From Bacteroides sp. (GTDB lineage Bacteria > Bacteroidota > Bacteroidia > Bacteroidales > Bacteroidaceae): a stretch of 64,000 nt of DNA. The stretch covers positions 19,089-83,088 of the forward strand of contig SUXX01000005.1 in the NCBI GenBank assembly GCA_015060735.1, given 5' to 3'. Below the pieces are notes generated by a model that saw only the letters and a list, made by a program, of their open reading frames with translations, had not been told where the DNA came from and did not search any database. The translations under genes and the position numbers were made by a program. This document shows, one piece after another, positions 9,887-20,484 of the stretch. Numbering within the stretch: position 1 is the stretch's first letter; every line of letters starts with the position of its first letter.

Positions 9887-11117
9887 GTTGTATGTATTCA
9901 GTTTATTGTTGGGAGGGTGCTTGGCATCGTGTAGCGTAACTAGCGAACAGGCGATAGAAGATACCTGGACACCCATAGCAGAGTGGAAAGTCATTAAAGG
10001 TGACTCGGTGATGGTGGCAGATGTAAACAAAGCCGAAGTAGAAACCACCCTTCCGTTGGAAATGATAGCGGAGGATTATCAAGTGATAAAGCTGGACAAG
10101 GAGGCGGGAGAATACCGTGAGTTGAGCAATGCTTTTATCACGGAAAGCTACATCGGAATTTCTTGTTATGGTAATGAGCCATTCCGTCTTTTTAAAAGGG
10201 ATGGTGCGTTTCTCAAGCAAATCGGTGCTTTGGGCGAAGAAGAAAACGGAAACTATAGAACGGTATCATACGCACAGATTGACGAAGCCAATAACCGTAT
10301 TTACATCATGCCGGAGAATTTCAAAGAAACTCCAACAAGTAAACGAAAAATTGAAAGAAAGGCTCCGGTTATTCTAGCCTATGATTTGGAAGGAAACTTT
10401 TTGCACGAAATACCATTGGCTTGTTGGATAGGCTTTGGAAGCAGTTTTAAAGTAGATGCCCCAAAGGGAGAAATCATTGTGATTGGTAAGGAAGTAAGGC
10501 CCGAACGCGAAGAATACCGTACTTGGGTGCAGGACATGAAAGGTAACTTGAAGTACGGCATTTACGATACGGATAAAAGGAACGACGATGGTTATGGTAC
10601 TATGGCTACGTCACTCTTGCATACGGATGCTGTCGAAACATTTGCTCTTGTAAGCCCTACTATGTTTTCAGACAGAAAGGAAACCGAATTTCTGTATCAC
10701 TTGAATCAAGAAGAACGCAGGTTGGTTCCTAAATTTCAGGCAAGAACGAAAGAAATAACCAATGCTATTTATGAATTACCTTCGTATTACATCGTCGAAT
10801 CGACAATGCATGCCGGTGATGCAGACACGAAGACTCCCAAATGTATCATTGATAAGAAAACGTTGAAAGGTGCTAGTTTCAACGGTTTTGTAACCCCCGA
10901 AGGTCTGTTGTTGGATCAATATACCTTCCTTGCTAATACCCGCAACGGTTACTTCTCTTTGGTAGAGAAAGAAAGCCGTATGTTAAAAAGAATTCAAAAC
11001 ATGGATAAAAGCAAACTGACCAAAGAACAACGGAAAAAGTTGGAGCAACTCTACCAGAAGTTGAATTCAGATAAAAACGATGATACCATCCTGTTTATGG
11101 CAAAATTTAAAAAGTAA
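9876..11117 (+). CDS. Lipoprotein, 6-bladed beta-propeller (DUF4934-like)
   Basis: Lipobox LASC; LFKRDGAFLKQIG, YDLEGNFL blade motifs; C-terminal DDTILFMAKFK. Confidence 0.7.
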   Translation: MKTQLYVFSLLLGGCLASCSVTSEQAIEDTWTPIAEWKVIKGDSVMVADVNKAEVETTLPLEMIAEDYQVIKLDKEAGEYRELSNAFITESYIGISCYGNEPFRLFKRDGAFLKQIGALGEEENGNYRTVSYAQIDEANNRIYIMPENFKETPTSKRKIERKAPVILAYDLEGNFLHEIPLACWIGFGSSFKVDAPKGEIIVIGKEVRPEREEYRTWVQDMKGNLKYGIYDTDKRNDDGYGTMATSLLHTDAVETFALVSPTMFSDRKETEFLYHLNQEERRLVPKFQARTKEITNAIYELPSYYIVESTMHAGDADTKTPKCIIDKKTLKGASFNGFVTPEGLLLDQYTFLANTRNGYFSLVEKESRMLKRIQNMDKSKLTKEQRKKLEQLYQKLNSDKNDDTILFMAKFKK

Positions 11118-11122
11118 TTGAT

Positions 11123-12325
11123 ATGAACTCATTGAAGAATCTATCCCTTTGTATGATGGCTTGTATAGGTATAGCCTCCTGTACTTCCAAGCAACAGCAA
11201 GAAACAGTTGTGAATAATCTTCCCTATACGATAATTCCTTTTGAAAAAGGAGTGGAGAATGAAAAGCAAGTCAAGTTAAGCGACATTGCCGAAAAGATAA
11301 CTTTTGTTCCGGTGGAAACAACAGATGCTTCGCTCTTAAACAAAGTAAGGGCTAACAATATCATCTCCGTAAATGGCACCATTGTGATACCTTGTTTTAA
11401 TATGGGGGCGTTCGCCTTTGATGAAAGTGGTAAATTCATCGCTCCTATTTCCCGCAAGGGACAAGGACCTGGAGAATTTACAAGGTTTATGTGCGTTTTC
11501 GGTAATTCGGAAAAGGATTTGATTTATGTAAAAAGTTCAAAAAAGATGATGGCTTTTCGGACTGACGGAACATTTGTAAATGAATACAAAGTTCCTGGTT
11601 TGGGGAATCCTTGGGAAACATCCATTGTTATGCAGGATAGTGTCACTCTTTCTGCTGTAATAAATAACACAGGGCAAAGACCATATCGTCTCATTTTGGG
11701 CAATGCCCAAGGAGATACTTTGAACGCTTTTCCGCAATACGACCATTTTGAAATTCCCAGAGGGATGAACTATACATACATCAATAATAAGGAAAACTTC
11801 TTGTATCAGTATAAGGGTGAATCCGTATACCACGACTATTATTGCGATACCCTGTATACCGTAACACGTGATTCGTTGTTGCCACGCTATTTGTTGGATA
11901 TGGGTAAATACAAATTGCCGAAAGACTTACGTTTGGAAGCAGCTTTCTACACGGACGATGCTGAACAAGCAAAGAAAAACGCTTTAAGCTATTACCGGCC
12001 GATATTCTTGGAAAACGACCGTTACATCGTGATGCCTTACACCACATGGAATTTGTTTGAACGTGATTTACCTGCGGAACTGATGTACTACGACCGACAA
12101 ACCAAGGAATGTATCAAGGTAAAGGACGGTGCTTTTGTAAACGATATGATGGGCGATCTTCCTTTCTGTCCGGATGCCCGCATAGCCGAGAATGTTTTGG
12201 CCGAATGGTGGGAAGCCACTGATTTAATGGAATTGGCCGAAGAAGGTGTAGAGCTTCCGGATAACTTGAAAAACCTGCAAGAAGATGATAATGGGGTACT
12301 AGTCTTGGTACATCTGAAGAAGTAA
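11123..12325 (+). CDS. Lipoprotein, 6-bladed beta-propeller (DUF4934-like)
   Basis: Lipobox IASC; LSDIAEKITFVPVET, GKFIAPISRKGQGPGEF, EDDNGVL motifs. Confidence 0.8.
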   Translation: MNSLKNLSLCMMACIGIASCTSKQQQETVVNNLPYTIIPFEKGVENEKQVKLSDIAEKITFVPVETTDASLLNKVRANNIISVNGTIVIPCFNMGAFAFDESGKFIAPISRKGQGPGEFTRFMCVFGNSEKDLIYVKSSKKMMAFRTDGTFVNEYKVPGLGNPWETSIVMQDSVTLSAVINNTGQRPYRLILGNAQGDTLNAFPQYDHFEIPRGMNYTYINNKENFLYQYKGESVYHDYYCDTLYTVTRDSLLPRYLLDMGKYKLPKDLRLEAAFYTDDAEQAKKNALSYYRPIFLENDRYIVMPYTTWNLFERDLPAELMYYDRQTKECIKVKDGAFVNDMMGDLPFCPDARIAENVLAEWWEATDLMELAEEGVELPDNLKNLQEDDNGVLVLVHLKK

Positions 12326-12468
12326 TTTTTATCTAAAAAAAGTGTCATCCTGAACGGAGTGAAGGATCTGTATGTATAAAGTTGATGTTTACAGATCCTT
12401 CGCGTTGCTCAGGATGACACGATGTTTTGGTTATGCTTACTTCTTTGCATCCGCTGTTTTCAGCATTT
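12305..12468 (+). repeat. Cassette 3' repeat copy 2 (contains REP 12342-12420; overlaps both convergent gene ends)
   Basis: Direct repeat of 9585-9748. Confidence 0.9.
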
Positions 12469-15400
12469 CTTTCACGGCGGTAGCCAACTGAGTATCGATG
12501 CCGTTCAGTGAATCTTCCGGCTTGTTATAAACTTCGATGTCCGGATTCAACTGGTTGTTTTCGGCATATTGTCCACGCATGTCCACGCAACCCACTTGAG
12601 GAATACCGAAGACGATGCTTGGATCAATCTGTGTTTCCCACCATACAGCTGTCATGGTTCCCGGTACCGGAGCACCAATCAGCTTGCCGATGCCCAATTC
12701 CTTGTACACCCATGGGAAGCCGTGAGCATTACTATAGTTGTCTTCGCACATCAATACGCACGATGGTTTCAACCATTTGTTGAATGGGTCGCTACCGATG
12801 TATTGTCCTTGCGGAACGAAGCGTTGGTATTCCTTACCGCTGAGGAGAGTAGCCAAGTCGTCGTGCAACCAACCGCCACCGTTGTGACGAGTGTCGACAA
12901 TGAGGGCTTCCTTCTGACGGTTTTCATCGCTCAGGATTTCGCTATAAACGGTGCGGAAGCTTTCGCTATCCATACCCTTGACATGAACGTAGGCCACCCG
13001 TCCGTTGGATAACTTCTTGACCATTTCCTTGTTGCGATCTACCCAACGCTTGTACAACAGGTTGTTTTGTTCGCCACTGCTGATGGCCTTGACGGTGACA
13101 TTGAAACGCTTGCCGTTGGCCGGGTTGTAAATAGCCAGCAACACTTTCTTGCCTGCCTTGCCTTCCAGCAACGGGAAGTAGTCCTTACCGGCTTCGATAG
13201 GTTGTCCGTCAATCTTTTCGATGATGCAACCCGGAGTGACATCACACTTCTTCAACGTGAATGGACTCTTGGCCATGATTTCCTTAATCTTCAAACCGTT
13301 TCCGGTGTAAGTGTCATCGTAGAACACACCCAAGTTGGCGGTGCTGAGGGTAGGACCGTTCGGATAGTAACGGGCACCGGTATGCGAGCCGTTCAGTTCG
13401 CCCAGCATTTCGCTCAACAGTTCCTGGAAGTCGTAGTTATTGTTGATGGATGGCAGGAATCGGCGGTATGCTTCGCGATAGCCGTCCCAATCCACTCCGT
13501 GGATATCTTCCTTATAGAACTTGTCCTTCACCTGTTGCCAAGCGTGGTCGAAGATGTATTGGCGTTCGAGAGCCGGCTTATAGTCGAAGATGGCTTCGAA
13601 GCTCACCGGTTTGCTCTTTCCGTCCTTGATGGTTACTTTCTGAATACCGCCACGGCTGGACATGTAGAAGTTCTCGCCCTTCTTGTCGACCAACATCAAT
13701 CCGCGACCTACGTCTTTCATCACAAGTTTGGTGCTGTTTTCCTTCAAGTCTTGGCACCACAAGTCGCTGCCTTTTTCAAAGTTGGCCTGGTAATACAATT
13801 TGTCGCCCTTCTTGCTCAAAATAGCATCGCCCAGCGAAGATGAATGACGGGTGAGGCGAACCACACGGTCGCGGCAATTGTCCAAATCGAATACAAGCGG
13901 TTTCACTTCTTCTTTCTTTTTGTCGTCGGCAGGAGCCTTCTTGTTCTTGGCATCCTTGGCTGCAGGTTCTTTCTTGTCGTCTTTCTTTTCCTTTTCGGCT
14001 TCTTCGATGAGGGCCAGGTCTTCCTTGCTCATCAAGAAGCGTTCGTAAGCTTCGAGGTCGAAGAACATGATGTAGATGTCGCCATGTGCTCCCCAGCTTC
14101 CGTGGCTACGATAGCCGGCACGGTCGCTTTCCCAAATCATGGCCTTGCCATCGAGTACCCATTTGGCTCCGCTATCGTTGTAACCGCTTTGGGTGAGGTT
14201 GTGGATTTCACCGTTGCCCGATGCATTGATGAGGGCCACATCCTTGTTGTTCCAACCGCCGATGCCGATGTAATTGCTCAAAATCCAACGGCTGTCCGGA
14301 CTCCATTGATACCATTGGTCGCCATCGCTATACGAGTATTCGAACTTTCCGTCCATCACGGTGCGAGCTTGCTTGGTGGCAAGGTTGATAACCCGGATGG
14401 TGCTGCGGTCTTCCAAAAAGGCTACTTCCTTGCCATTCGGACTGTATTGCGGTTGGAAAGAGGTTACGTTGGAATTTGTAATTTTTTCTTCTTTGATTTC
14501 GGTAGCATAGGTAAACATCTTTTCTTCCTTGTTCACGATGCTGGATTGATAGATTTGCCACAAGCCGTTACGTTCGGAAGCATAAACCAGGCTGCGTCCG
14601 TCGGGAGCAAAATCGATGTTGCGTTCTTGTTCCGGCGTGTTGGTAATCTGGCGGGTAGTCTTGTACTCGGTAGAAGTGACATACACATCACCGCGAAGGA
14701 TGAAGGCAACTTCCTTTCCTTCGGCCGAGAGAGCGATGGAGGTGGCTCCGTTGCTACGTATCTGTCGGATGATGTCTTTGTCAATCTTATCGGTTACGAC
14801 CTGGATGTTGACCTTTTGAGGTTGGCCACCTTCTTTCAAGGTATAGATGCCACCATCGAATCCGTAACACAAGGTGCCGTTCTTCGAACTGGTCAGGAAG
14901 CGTACCGGATGCTTGGTGTGGTGAGTCAATTGGGTAGCCTTACCTCCGTTGATGCTTGCCTTGAAAATGTTGAACGAACCTTTTTCTTCACTTAAATAAT
15001 AATAGGTATCCGTTCCTGCCCAAACCGGATTGCGGTCTTCTCCGTTGAAGGTGGATAGTTTTTTGTAGCTGCGTTGTCCGTCCAATGTACACATCCAGAT
15101 ATCGCGGGTGATGGACGAAGTGTGGTGTTTACGCCATGCGTCTTCGTAACCTTTCTTGTCGTGATAAAGCAGTGCCTTGCCGGAGGGGTTGATGCTGATG
15201 CCTTCCATAGGCATGGACGAGAACATGACCGGACGTCCGCCTTGGGTACTTACTTCGTAAACTTGAGGGAACTGACCGGATGCGAATTGCATGTCGGTAG
15301 TAGAAGGCAAGATATTGGCTTGGAATAGAATGTGTCCGTTGTCCTTGAATGCCAAAGGAGTTTCGTTGCCCGAGTGGGTAGTCAGACGGGTAGGAACGCC

Positions 15401-15691
15401 ACCTTCTTTATTCACCAGGTAAACGTCCATGCTTCCCAAACGGTCGGAAGCAAAAGCCAGTTGCTTACCGTCGGGACTCCATACGGGGCGGGTGTCGTGA
15501 GCCGGATTGGTGGTTATCTGCATGGCTCTACCGCCTTGGGCCGATACCGTGTAGATGTCTCCTTTATAAGAAAATGCGATTTGTGTGCCGTCGGGCGAAA
15601 TCGCACAATAACGCATCCATGCGGCATCATCGGCCGCATAGGTGTTGATTGACAGCAGGAAAGCTGCCACTCCTAGCAGTTTCTTTTTCAT
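12437..15691 (-). CDS. Tricorn-like S41 family peptidase
   Basis: PD40/beta-propeller repeats (ISPDG, WSPDG), PDZ region, DTRHNGGG, NYSNAH motifs. Confidence 0.9.
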   Translation of the reverse strand: MKKKLLGVAAFLLSINTYAADDAAWMRYCAISPDGTQIAFSYKGDIYTVSAQGGRAMQITTNPAHDTRPVWSPDGKQLAFASDRLGSMDVYLVNKEGGVPTRLTTHSGNETPLAFKDNGHILFQANILPSTTDMQFASGQFPQVYEVSTQGGRPVMFSSMPMEGISINPSGKALLYHDKKGYEDAWRKHHTSSITRDIWMCTLDGQRSYKKLSTFNGEDRNPVWAGTDTYYYLSEEKGSFNIFKASINGGKATQLTHHTKHPVRFLTSSKNGTLCYGFDGGIYTLKEGGQPQKVNIQVVTDKIDKDIIRQIRSNGATSIALSAEGKEVAFILRGDVYVTSTEYKTTRQITNTPEQERNIDFAPDGRSLVYASERNGLWQIYQSSIVNKEEKMFTYATEIKEEKITNSNVTSFQPQYSPNGKEVAFLEDRSTIRVINLATKQARTVMDGKFEYSYSDGDQWYQWSPDSRWILSNYIGIGGWNNKDVALINASGNGEIHNLTQSGYNDSGAKWVLDGKAMIWESDRAGYRSHGSWGAHGDIYIMFFDLEAYERFLMSKEDLALIEEAEKEKKDDKKEPAAKDAKNKKAPADDKKKEEVKPLVFDLDNCRDRVVRLTRHSSSLGDAILSKKGDKLYYQANFEKGSDLWCQDLKENSTKLVMKDVGRGLMLVDKKGENFYMSSRGGIQKVTIKDGKSKPVSFEAIFDYKPALERQYIFDHAWQQVKDKFYKEDIHGVDWDGYREAYRRFLPSINNNYDFQELLSEMLGELNGSHTGARYYPNGPTLSTANLGVFYDDTYTGNGLKIKEIMAKSPFTLKKCDVTPGCIIEKIDGQPIEAGKDYFPLLEGKAGKKVLLAIYNPANGKRFNVTVKAISSGEQNNLLYKRWVDRNKEMVKKLSNGRVAYVHVKGMDSESFRTVYSEILSDENRQKEALIVDTRHNGGGWLHDDLATLLSGKEYQRFVPQGQYIGSDPFNKWLKPSCVLMCEDNYSNAHGFPWVYKELGIGKLIGAPVPGTMTAVWWETQIDPSIVFGIPQVGCVDMRGQYAENNQLNPDIEVYNKPEDSLNGIDTQLATAVKEMLKTADAKK

Positions 15692-15709
15692 GTGTAGATA
15701 TTGATTGGA

Positions 15710-15985
15710 TTAATATTTGTTTTTATGACGGAAAAGGCTTCGGATTCTTTTGATAATTTTGAAGCCTGTCATTATTCCATTGAAAATGGCTATGCCGGAG
15801 TTGAAATTATTCATGAGAGTCGGTATGCCTGGTTCAGTTTGGTTAGGATGAAACAAATCTCGAGCAGCAATATGTATCCGCTCCTTCGAAGCCCGGATTT
15901 CTTCCAGCTTTTCTGTTTTCATCCGGATAATATCTTCCAGTGTGATGCTTGGTTGGGAATGGTCACTCGAGTTGTTCATAATCAT
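15710..15985 (-). CDS. Hypothetical protein, co-transcribed with holin-like and YtxH genes
   Basis: Coupled ORF in a three-gene operon. Confidence 0.6.
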   Translation of the reverse strand: MIMNNSSDHSQPSITLEDIIRMKTEKLEEIRASKERIHIAARDLFHPNQTEPGIPTLMNNFNSGIAIFNGIMTGFKIIKRIRSLFRHKNKY

Positions 15986-16338
15986 TTATCGTTAAGAAAT
16001 AAATTAGCCAAAAAACGGGTCAGTGGATGCACAATGAGGCGTTGGCGGAACAAATAGATGCCGGCAATCAACAATAAGATGCTTCCACTGATGATGGCAT
16101 AGCTTGTGGTCAGTCCTCCTACATGCGGTTCAAGGATATATACCAGCATGAATGAGAGATAGAACAAGGCAATCATGCCTAAAATCATCAGCACTAATAT
16201 CAGAATCAGGGCTGAAACCAGTACCGTCAGCTTTTGGACTATGTCAAGTTTGACATAGTCCTTTTGCAGTTCCACATATTTCTTTACTTCGTTGAATAGT
16301 GTCTGCAGATTGTCGATGGTTTTATCGCTACCTAGCAT
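15982..16338 (-). CDS. Phage holin family (YhjD/DUF1469-like) membrane protein
   Basis: Two TM helices; YVELQKDYVKLDIVQKLT motif; start probably MLGSDK. Confidence 0.7.
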   Translation of the reverse strand: MLGSDKTIDNLQTLFNEVKKYVELQKDYVKLDIVQKLTVLVSALILILVLMILGMIALFYLSFMLVYILEPHVGGLTTSYAIISGSILLLIAGIYLFRQRLIVHPLTRFLANLFLNDK

Positions 16339-16343
16339 AGCTA

Positions 16344-16550
16344 TCAATCTACAGCGTCTTTTACTTCAGCGGCAATCTTGTCTACCAGTTCGTCCATTTC
16401 CGAGCGACTGAGTTTGATGCCTTTTTCGCGAAGGATTTCTGCAATTTTACGACGAGTGTCTTCTCCTTTTTCTGGAGCAAACAAAATACCGAATGCTGCA
16501 CCTACTGCGGCTCCGCCCAAGAATGCAGCTAAAATACTTAAACCTCTCAT
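16344..16550 (-). CDS. YtxH domain protein
   Basis: FLGGAAVGAAFGILFAPEKGEDTR signature. Confidence 0.85.
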   Translation of the reverse strand: MRGLSILAAFLGGAAVGAAFGILFAPEKGEDTRRKIAEILREKGIKLSRSEMDELVDKIAAEVKDAVD

Positions 16551-16762
16551 AATTCTTTCTATATTATTGTTTCACAAATCTAACAATTTTTTATAATAAA
16601 AGTTTTCTTTTGGGCTTCTTTTCTTGCATAAAAATGAGCCAAGAAAAGATATTAACTAATTTTAACCAGCCAAAAGATGCTAAAGCTGTCTATATATTGT
16701 TATTTTTGCAGCGAAATATATCAAACAGTCAATAATATTAATTAATAAAAGATAAAATCAGT

Positions 16763-17260
16763 ATGAAGAAATTAGTTGTATTGGGTATGGGATTGTGTTT
16801 AGCCCTTGCCTTTACTTCTTGTAAATCAAGTGAAAGTGCCTATAAGAAGGCATACGAAAAAGCAAAACAACAAGAATTGGCCGAAACTCCGGCTGCAGAA
16901 GAAGCACCGGCTCCGGTTGTAGCAGCTCCGGTGGCTGAAGCTCCGGCAGCAGCTCCGGTGGCAGTAGGTAATGTACGTGAAGAAAAGATTCAGTTGGTTT
17001 CTGGCGAAGGTTTGAAGGCTTATAGCGTAGTATGCGGTAGCTTTGGTGTGAAGGCAAATGCTGAAGGTTTGAAGGATAAATTGGCAGCCGAAGGATACAA
17101 TGCGATGGTAGTATTCAACCCGGACAGAAATATGTATCGTGTGGTAGCAGCTTCATACGATGATCGTATGCAGGCAGCTCAGGCTAGAGATGATTTCAAG
17201 GCCAAGCATCCGAATAATGCCGATTTCCAAAAGGCTTGGTTGCTCTATCGAGTATATTAA
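16763..17260 (+). CDS. SPOR domain lipoprotein
   Basis: Lipobox FTSC; YSVVCGSF...NAE; MYRVV; AWLL. Confidence 0.85.
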   Translation: MKKLVVLGMGLCLALAFTSCKSSESAYKKAYEKAKQQELAETPAAEEAPAPVVAAPVAEAPAAAPVAVGNVREEKIQLVSGEGLKAYSVVCGSFGVKANAEGLKDKLAAEGYNAMVVFNPDRNMYRVVAASYDDRMQAAQARDDFKAKHPNNADFQKAWLLYRVY

Positions 17261-17309
17261 TGAAAATTTCTTTTTGGTAAAATAGAAGAATATAGTCTAT
17301 TCATCTTTA

Positions 17310-17343
17310 GAAAAGCGGTTGCTGTGAAGTGACCGCTTTTTTT
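17310..17343 (+). terminator. Intrinsic terminator
   Basis: aaaagcggtt...gaccgctttt followed by T run. Confidence 0.65.
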
Positions 17344-17410
17344 AATTTTGTATTTTTTTATCCTTTATCTATCAGTTAGATAGGGATAAATTTGTAATTT
17401 TGCACTTTGT

Positions 17411-17833
17411 ATGAGTAGAATATTGGCAATTGATTACGGAAAAAAGCGTACCGGGGTAGCGGTGACGGACATTTTGCAGCTAATTGCAAATGGTTTGACA
17501 ACGGTTCCTACATCGGAATTAATGGACTTTCTTCTGAAATATGTGGAAAAGGAACCGGTGGAACGGATTGTTGTTGGCCATCCGAAACAGATGAACAACG
17601 AAGATTCGGAAAACATGAAGCGGATTGTTCCTTTTGTAAACCAACTGAAGAAGAAGCTTCCTCAGATTCCGGTAGAAATGGTGGACGAACGATTTACCTC
17701 TGTGTTGGCCCATCAGGCCATGCTGGATGGAGGATTGAAGAAAAAGGCACGTCGGGACAAAGCGTTGGTGGATGAAATCAGTGCAACGATTATTCTACAA
17801 TCTTATTTGGAATCGAAAAAGTATAAACTCTAA
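17411..17833 (+). CDS. ruvX: Holliday junction resolvase RuvX / pre-16S rRNA nuclease YqgF
   Basis: ILAIDYGKKRTGVAVTD, VDERFTS, VDEISATIILQSYL. Confidence 0.95.
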   Translation: MSRILAIDYGKKRTGVAVTDILQLIANGLTTVPTSELMDFLLKYVEKEPVERIVVGHPKQMNNEDSENMKRIVPFVNQLKKKLPQIPVEMVDERFTSVLAHQAMLDGGLKKKARRDKALVDEISATIILQSYLESKKYKL

Positions 17834-17845
17834 AATAAAAAAGAA

Positions 17846-18400
17846 ATGATATTACCCGTTTATGTCTACGGACAACCTGTTTTGCGTAAAATAGCAGAAG
17901 ATATTACTCCCGATTACCCAAACTTGAAGGAGTTGATTCAGAATATGTTCGAAACCATGGATCGTGCGGATGGATGTGGCTTGGCTGCTCCTCAGATTGG
18001 TTTGCCTATTCGTGTGGTGGTGATTGACCTTGATGTGTTGTCGGATGACTTTCCGGAATACAAGGGCTATCGCCGTGCATTCATCAATCCGCACATTATC
18101 GAGACCAATGAAGAGACTGATTCGGCAGAAGAAGGTTGCTTGAGTTTGCCGGGAATTCGCGAATCGGTAAAGCGTCCGACACGTATTCATGTGCGGTATT
18201 TAGATGCTGACTTTAAGGAACACGATGAATGGGTAGAAGGATTTGAAGCCCGTTGTATGCAGCATGAATTCGACCATTTGGAAGGAAAAATGTTCATAGA
18301 CCATGTCTCGGTTCTTCGAAAACAGATGATCAAGGGAAAGTTGAACAACATGTTGAATGGAAAGGTGCGTTGTTCATATAAGACGAAGACTGTGAAATAA
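17846..18400 (+). CDS. def: Peptide deformylase
   Basis: [22 protein letters not shown] motifs. Confidence 0.97.
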   Translation: MILPVYVYGQPVLRKIAEDITPDYPNLKELIQNMFETMDRADGCGLAAPQIGLPIRVVVIDLDVLSDDFPEYKGYRRAFINPHIIETNEETDSAEEGCLSLPGIRESVKRPTRIHVRYLDADFKEHDEWVEGFEARCMQHEFDHLEGKMFIDHVSVLRKQMIKGKLNNMLNGKVRCSYKTKTVK

Positions 18401-20406
18401 TGAAATATAGGTTATTGAATCTGATTGGAATGTGGATGTTCCCGTTATTGGTTTGCTCGCAAATCAATACGGACCGCGTGATGGCAATAGGTCGGAATGC
18501 ACTTTATTTCGAAGACTATGTGCTGTCTATCCAGTATTTCAACCAGGTGATTAATGCAAAACCTTACTTGGCTGATCCTTATTTTTTCAGGGGATTGGCA
18601 AAAATAAACTTGGATGACTTCCAGGGGGCAGAAAAGGATTGTTCGGAAGCTATCGAACGGAATCCGTTTGTGGTAAATGCATATCAAATCAGAGGATTGG
18701 CCCGTATCCAGCAGGATAACTTTTCAGGGGCGGTGGAAGACTATGTCAAAGCATTGGAGTTTGACCCGGAGAATGTGGGTCTATGGCATAATCTGGCGTT
18801 GTGCCGAATCCGTCAGGAAAACTATGAGGGAGCCAAGAACGATTTGGACAGGCTTATTCAGGTTTCGCCACGTTATACCAAAGCATATCTGATGAGGGGA
18901 GAAGTCGATTTGATGCAGAAAGATACACTGGCGGCAGAGCAAGATTTTAACCGTGCCTTGGAGATAGATCGGTATGATCCGGATACATGGGCTGCACGTG
19001 CCATGTTGTTGCTGATGCAGGAAAAATATCCGGAAGCAGAGAAGGATTTGAGCCAAGCCATCCATCTGTCTGTGCGTAATGCAGGGTTGTACATTAATCG
19101 GGCACTTTCGCGTTATCATCAGAATAATCTTCGTGGTGCCATGGCGGATTATGATTTGGCTCTCGATATGGATCCCAATAACTTCATTGGGCATTATAAT
19201 CGAGGGTTGTTGCGTGCTCAGGTGGGGGATGACAATCGAGCTATTGAAGACTTTGATTTTGTCATAGAGATGGAACCGGACAATATGATGGCGATATTCA
19301 ATCGTGGCTTGTTGCTTGACCAGACAGGCGATTATCGCGGTGCCATCAAGGACTATTCTGCCGTTATTGAAGAATATCCCAATTTCTTGATAGGATACCA
19401 ATATCGTGCTGCGGCCCGTAAGAAAATTGGTGACTTGAAGGGGGCAGATGCTGATGAATTCAAAGTTCTGAAGGCTCAGTTGGATATACAGAATGGCGTG
19501 AAGCAAACAGCTGATGCCGATGCGGATAGTCGTACCCGTAAGAAATCAGACAAGAACATGAACAACTACCGCAAGATTGTGGTTGCTGATAATGAAGGAG
19601 TAGAAGAAAAATACAAGAATGATTATCGTGGACGTGTTCAAGACCGTAATGTCAACATTGTACCTCAACCGATGTTTGTGCTTACTTATTATGAAAAGTA
19701 TAGCGATGTGAAGCAACATGGACATTATTATAAGTTTATTGATGATTTGAATGCCCGACGCCTTTATCCCAGTGCTTTGCTGATTACGAATGATGAAACA
19801 GCATTGACCGAAGATTTGGCAAAGAAACATTTTGCTTCCATAGATGAACAAACGGCCGCGATTGTTGCTATGCCGGATGATGTGCACAAGCGTTTTGCAC
19901 GTGCCATTGATTTTTATCTCGTGCAGGATTTGGAAAATGCATTGACAGATTTGACGGAAGCTATCAAGTGTGCTCCGGATTTCTTCTTGCCGTATTTCAA
20001 TCGTGCGATGGTGCGATATAAGCAATTGGAATATGAACGGGTTGCTCAAGACTATGACAAACAGGAAAAGGTTATTGATGCCAAGATTCGTTCCAATGCT
20101 CCGGATATGGGTATGGTGAAGCGTGATTTGGATAAGGTGATAGAACTGGCTCCGGATTTTGTCTATGCTTATTATAATAGAGGTAATGTGCTGGGAGCGT
20201 TGAAAGATTATCGGGCAGCCATCGAGGATTACAACCGTGCCATTGAGCTGGATGCCGATTTTGCCGATGCTTATTATAATCGTGGGTTGACTCATATATT
20301 CTTAGGAAATAATCGTCAAGGTATTCAGGATTTGAGTAAGGCCGGCGAATTGGGACTTTACTCGGCATACAATGTCATTAAACGCTTTACGGAAAGAACA
20401 GAATAA
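18400..20406 (+). CDS. Tetratricopeptide repeat protein
   Basis: Many TPR repeats (AYYNRG...AIEDYNRAIELD). Confidence 0.9.
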   Translation: MKYRLLNLIGMWMFPLLVCSQINTDRVMAIGRNALYFEDYVLSIQYFNQVINAKPYLADPYFFRGLAKINLDDFQGAEKDCSEAIERNPFVVNAYQIRGLARIQQDNFSGAVEDYVKALEFDPENVGLWHNLALCRIRQENYEGAKNDLDRLIQVSPRYTKAYLMRGEVDLMQKDTLAAEQDFNRALEIDRYDPDTWAARAMLLLMQEKYPEAEKDLSQAIHLSVRNAGLYINRALSRYHQNNLRGAMADYDLALDMDPNNFIGHYNRGLLRAQVGDDNRAIEDFDFVIEMEPDNMMAIFNRGLLLDQTGDYRGAIKDYSAVIEEYPNFLIGYQYRAAARKKIGDLKGADADEFKVLKAQLDIQNGVKQTADADADSRTRKKSDKNMNNYRKIVVADNEGVEEKYKNDYRGRVQDRNVNIVPQPMFVLTYYEKYSDVKQHGHYYKFIDDLNARRLYPSALLITNDETALTEDLAKKHFASIDEQTAAIVAMPDDVHKRFARAIDFYLVQDLENALTDLTEAIKCAPDFFLPYFNRAMVRYKQLEYERVAQDYDKQEKVIDAKIRSNAPDMGMVKRDLDKVIELAPDFVYAYYNRGNVLGALKDYRAAIEDYNRAIELDADFADAYYNRGLTHIFLGNNRQGIQDLSKAGELGLYSAYNVIKRFTERTE

Positions 20407-20484
20407 CATTTTTGGTAAAATGTGGGGTTAGTCCGAAAGAAAATCATTAATTTTGCAACTTTAAAAAGAAAATATACAATAATT

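Noticed and set aside
13067..14995. Long plus-strand ORFs (258 and 383 aa)
   Set aside because: Antisense shadows of the tricorn protease.
15710..16550. Holin-like gene as prophage evidence
   Set aside because: The YtxH/holin-like trio is a normal chromosomal Bacteroides operon; no phage structural genes nearby.
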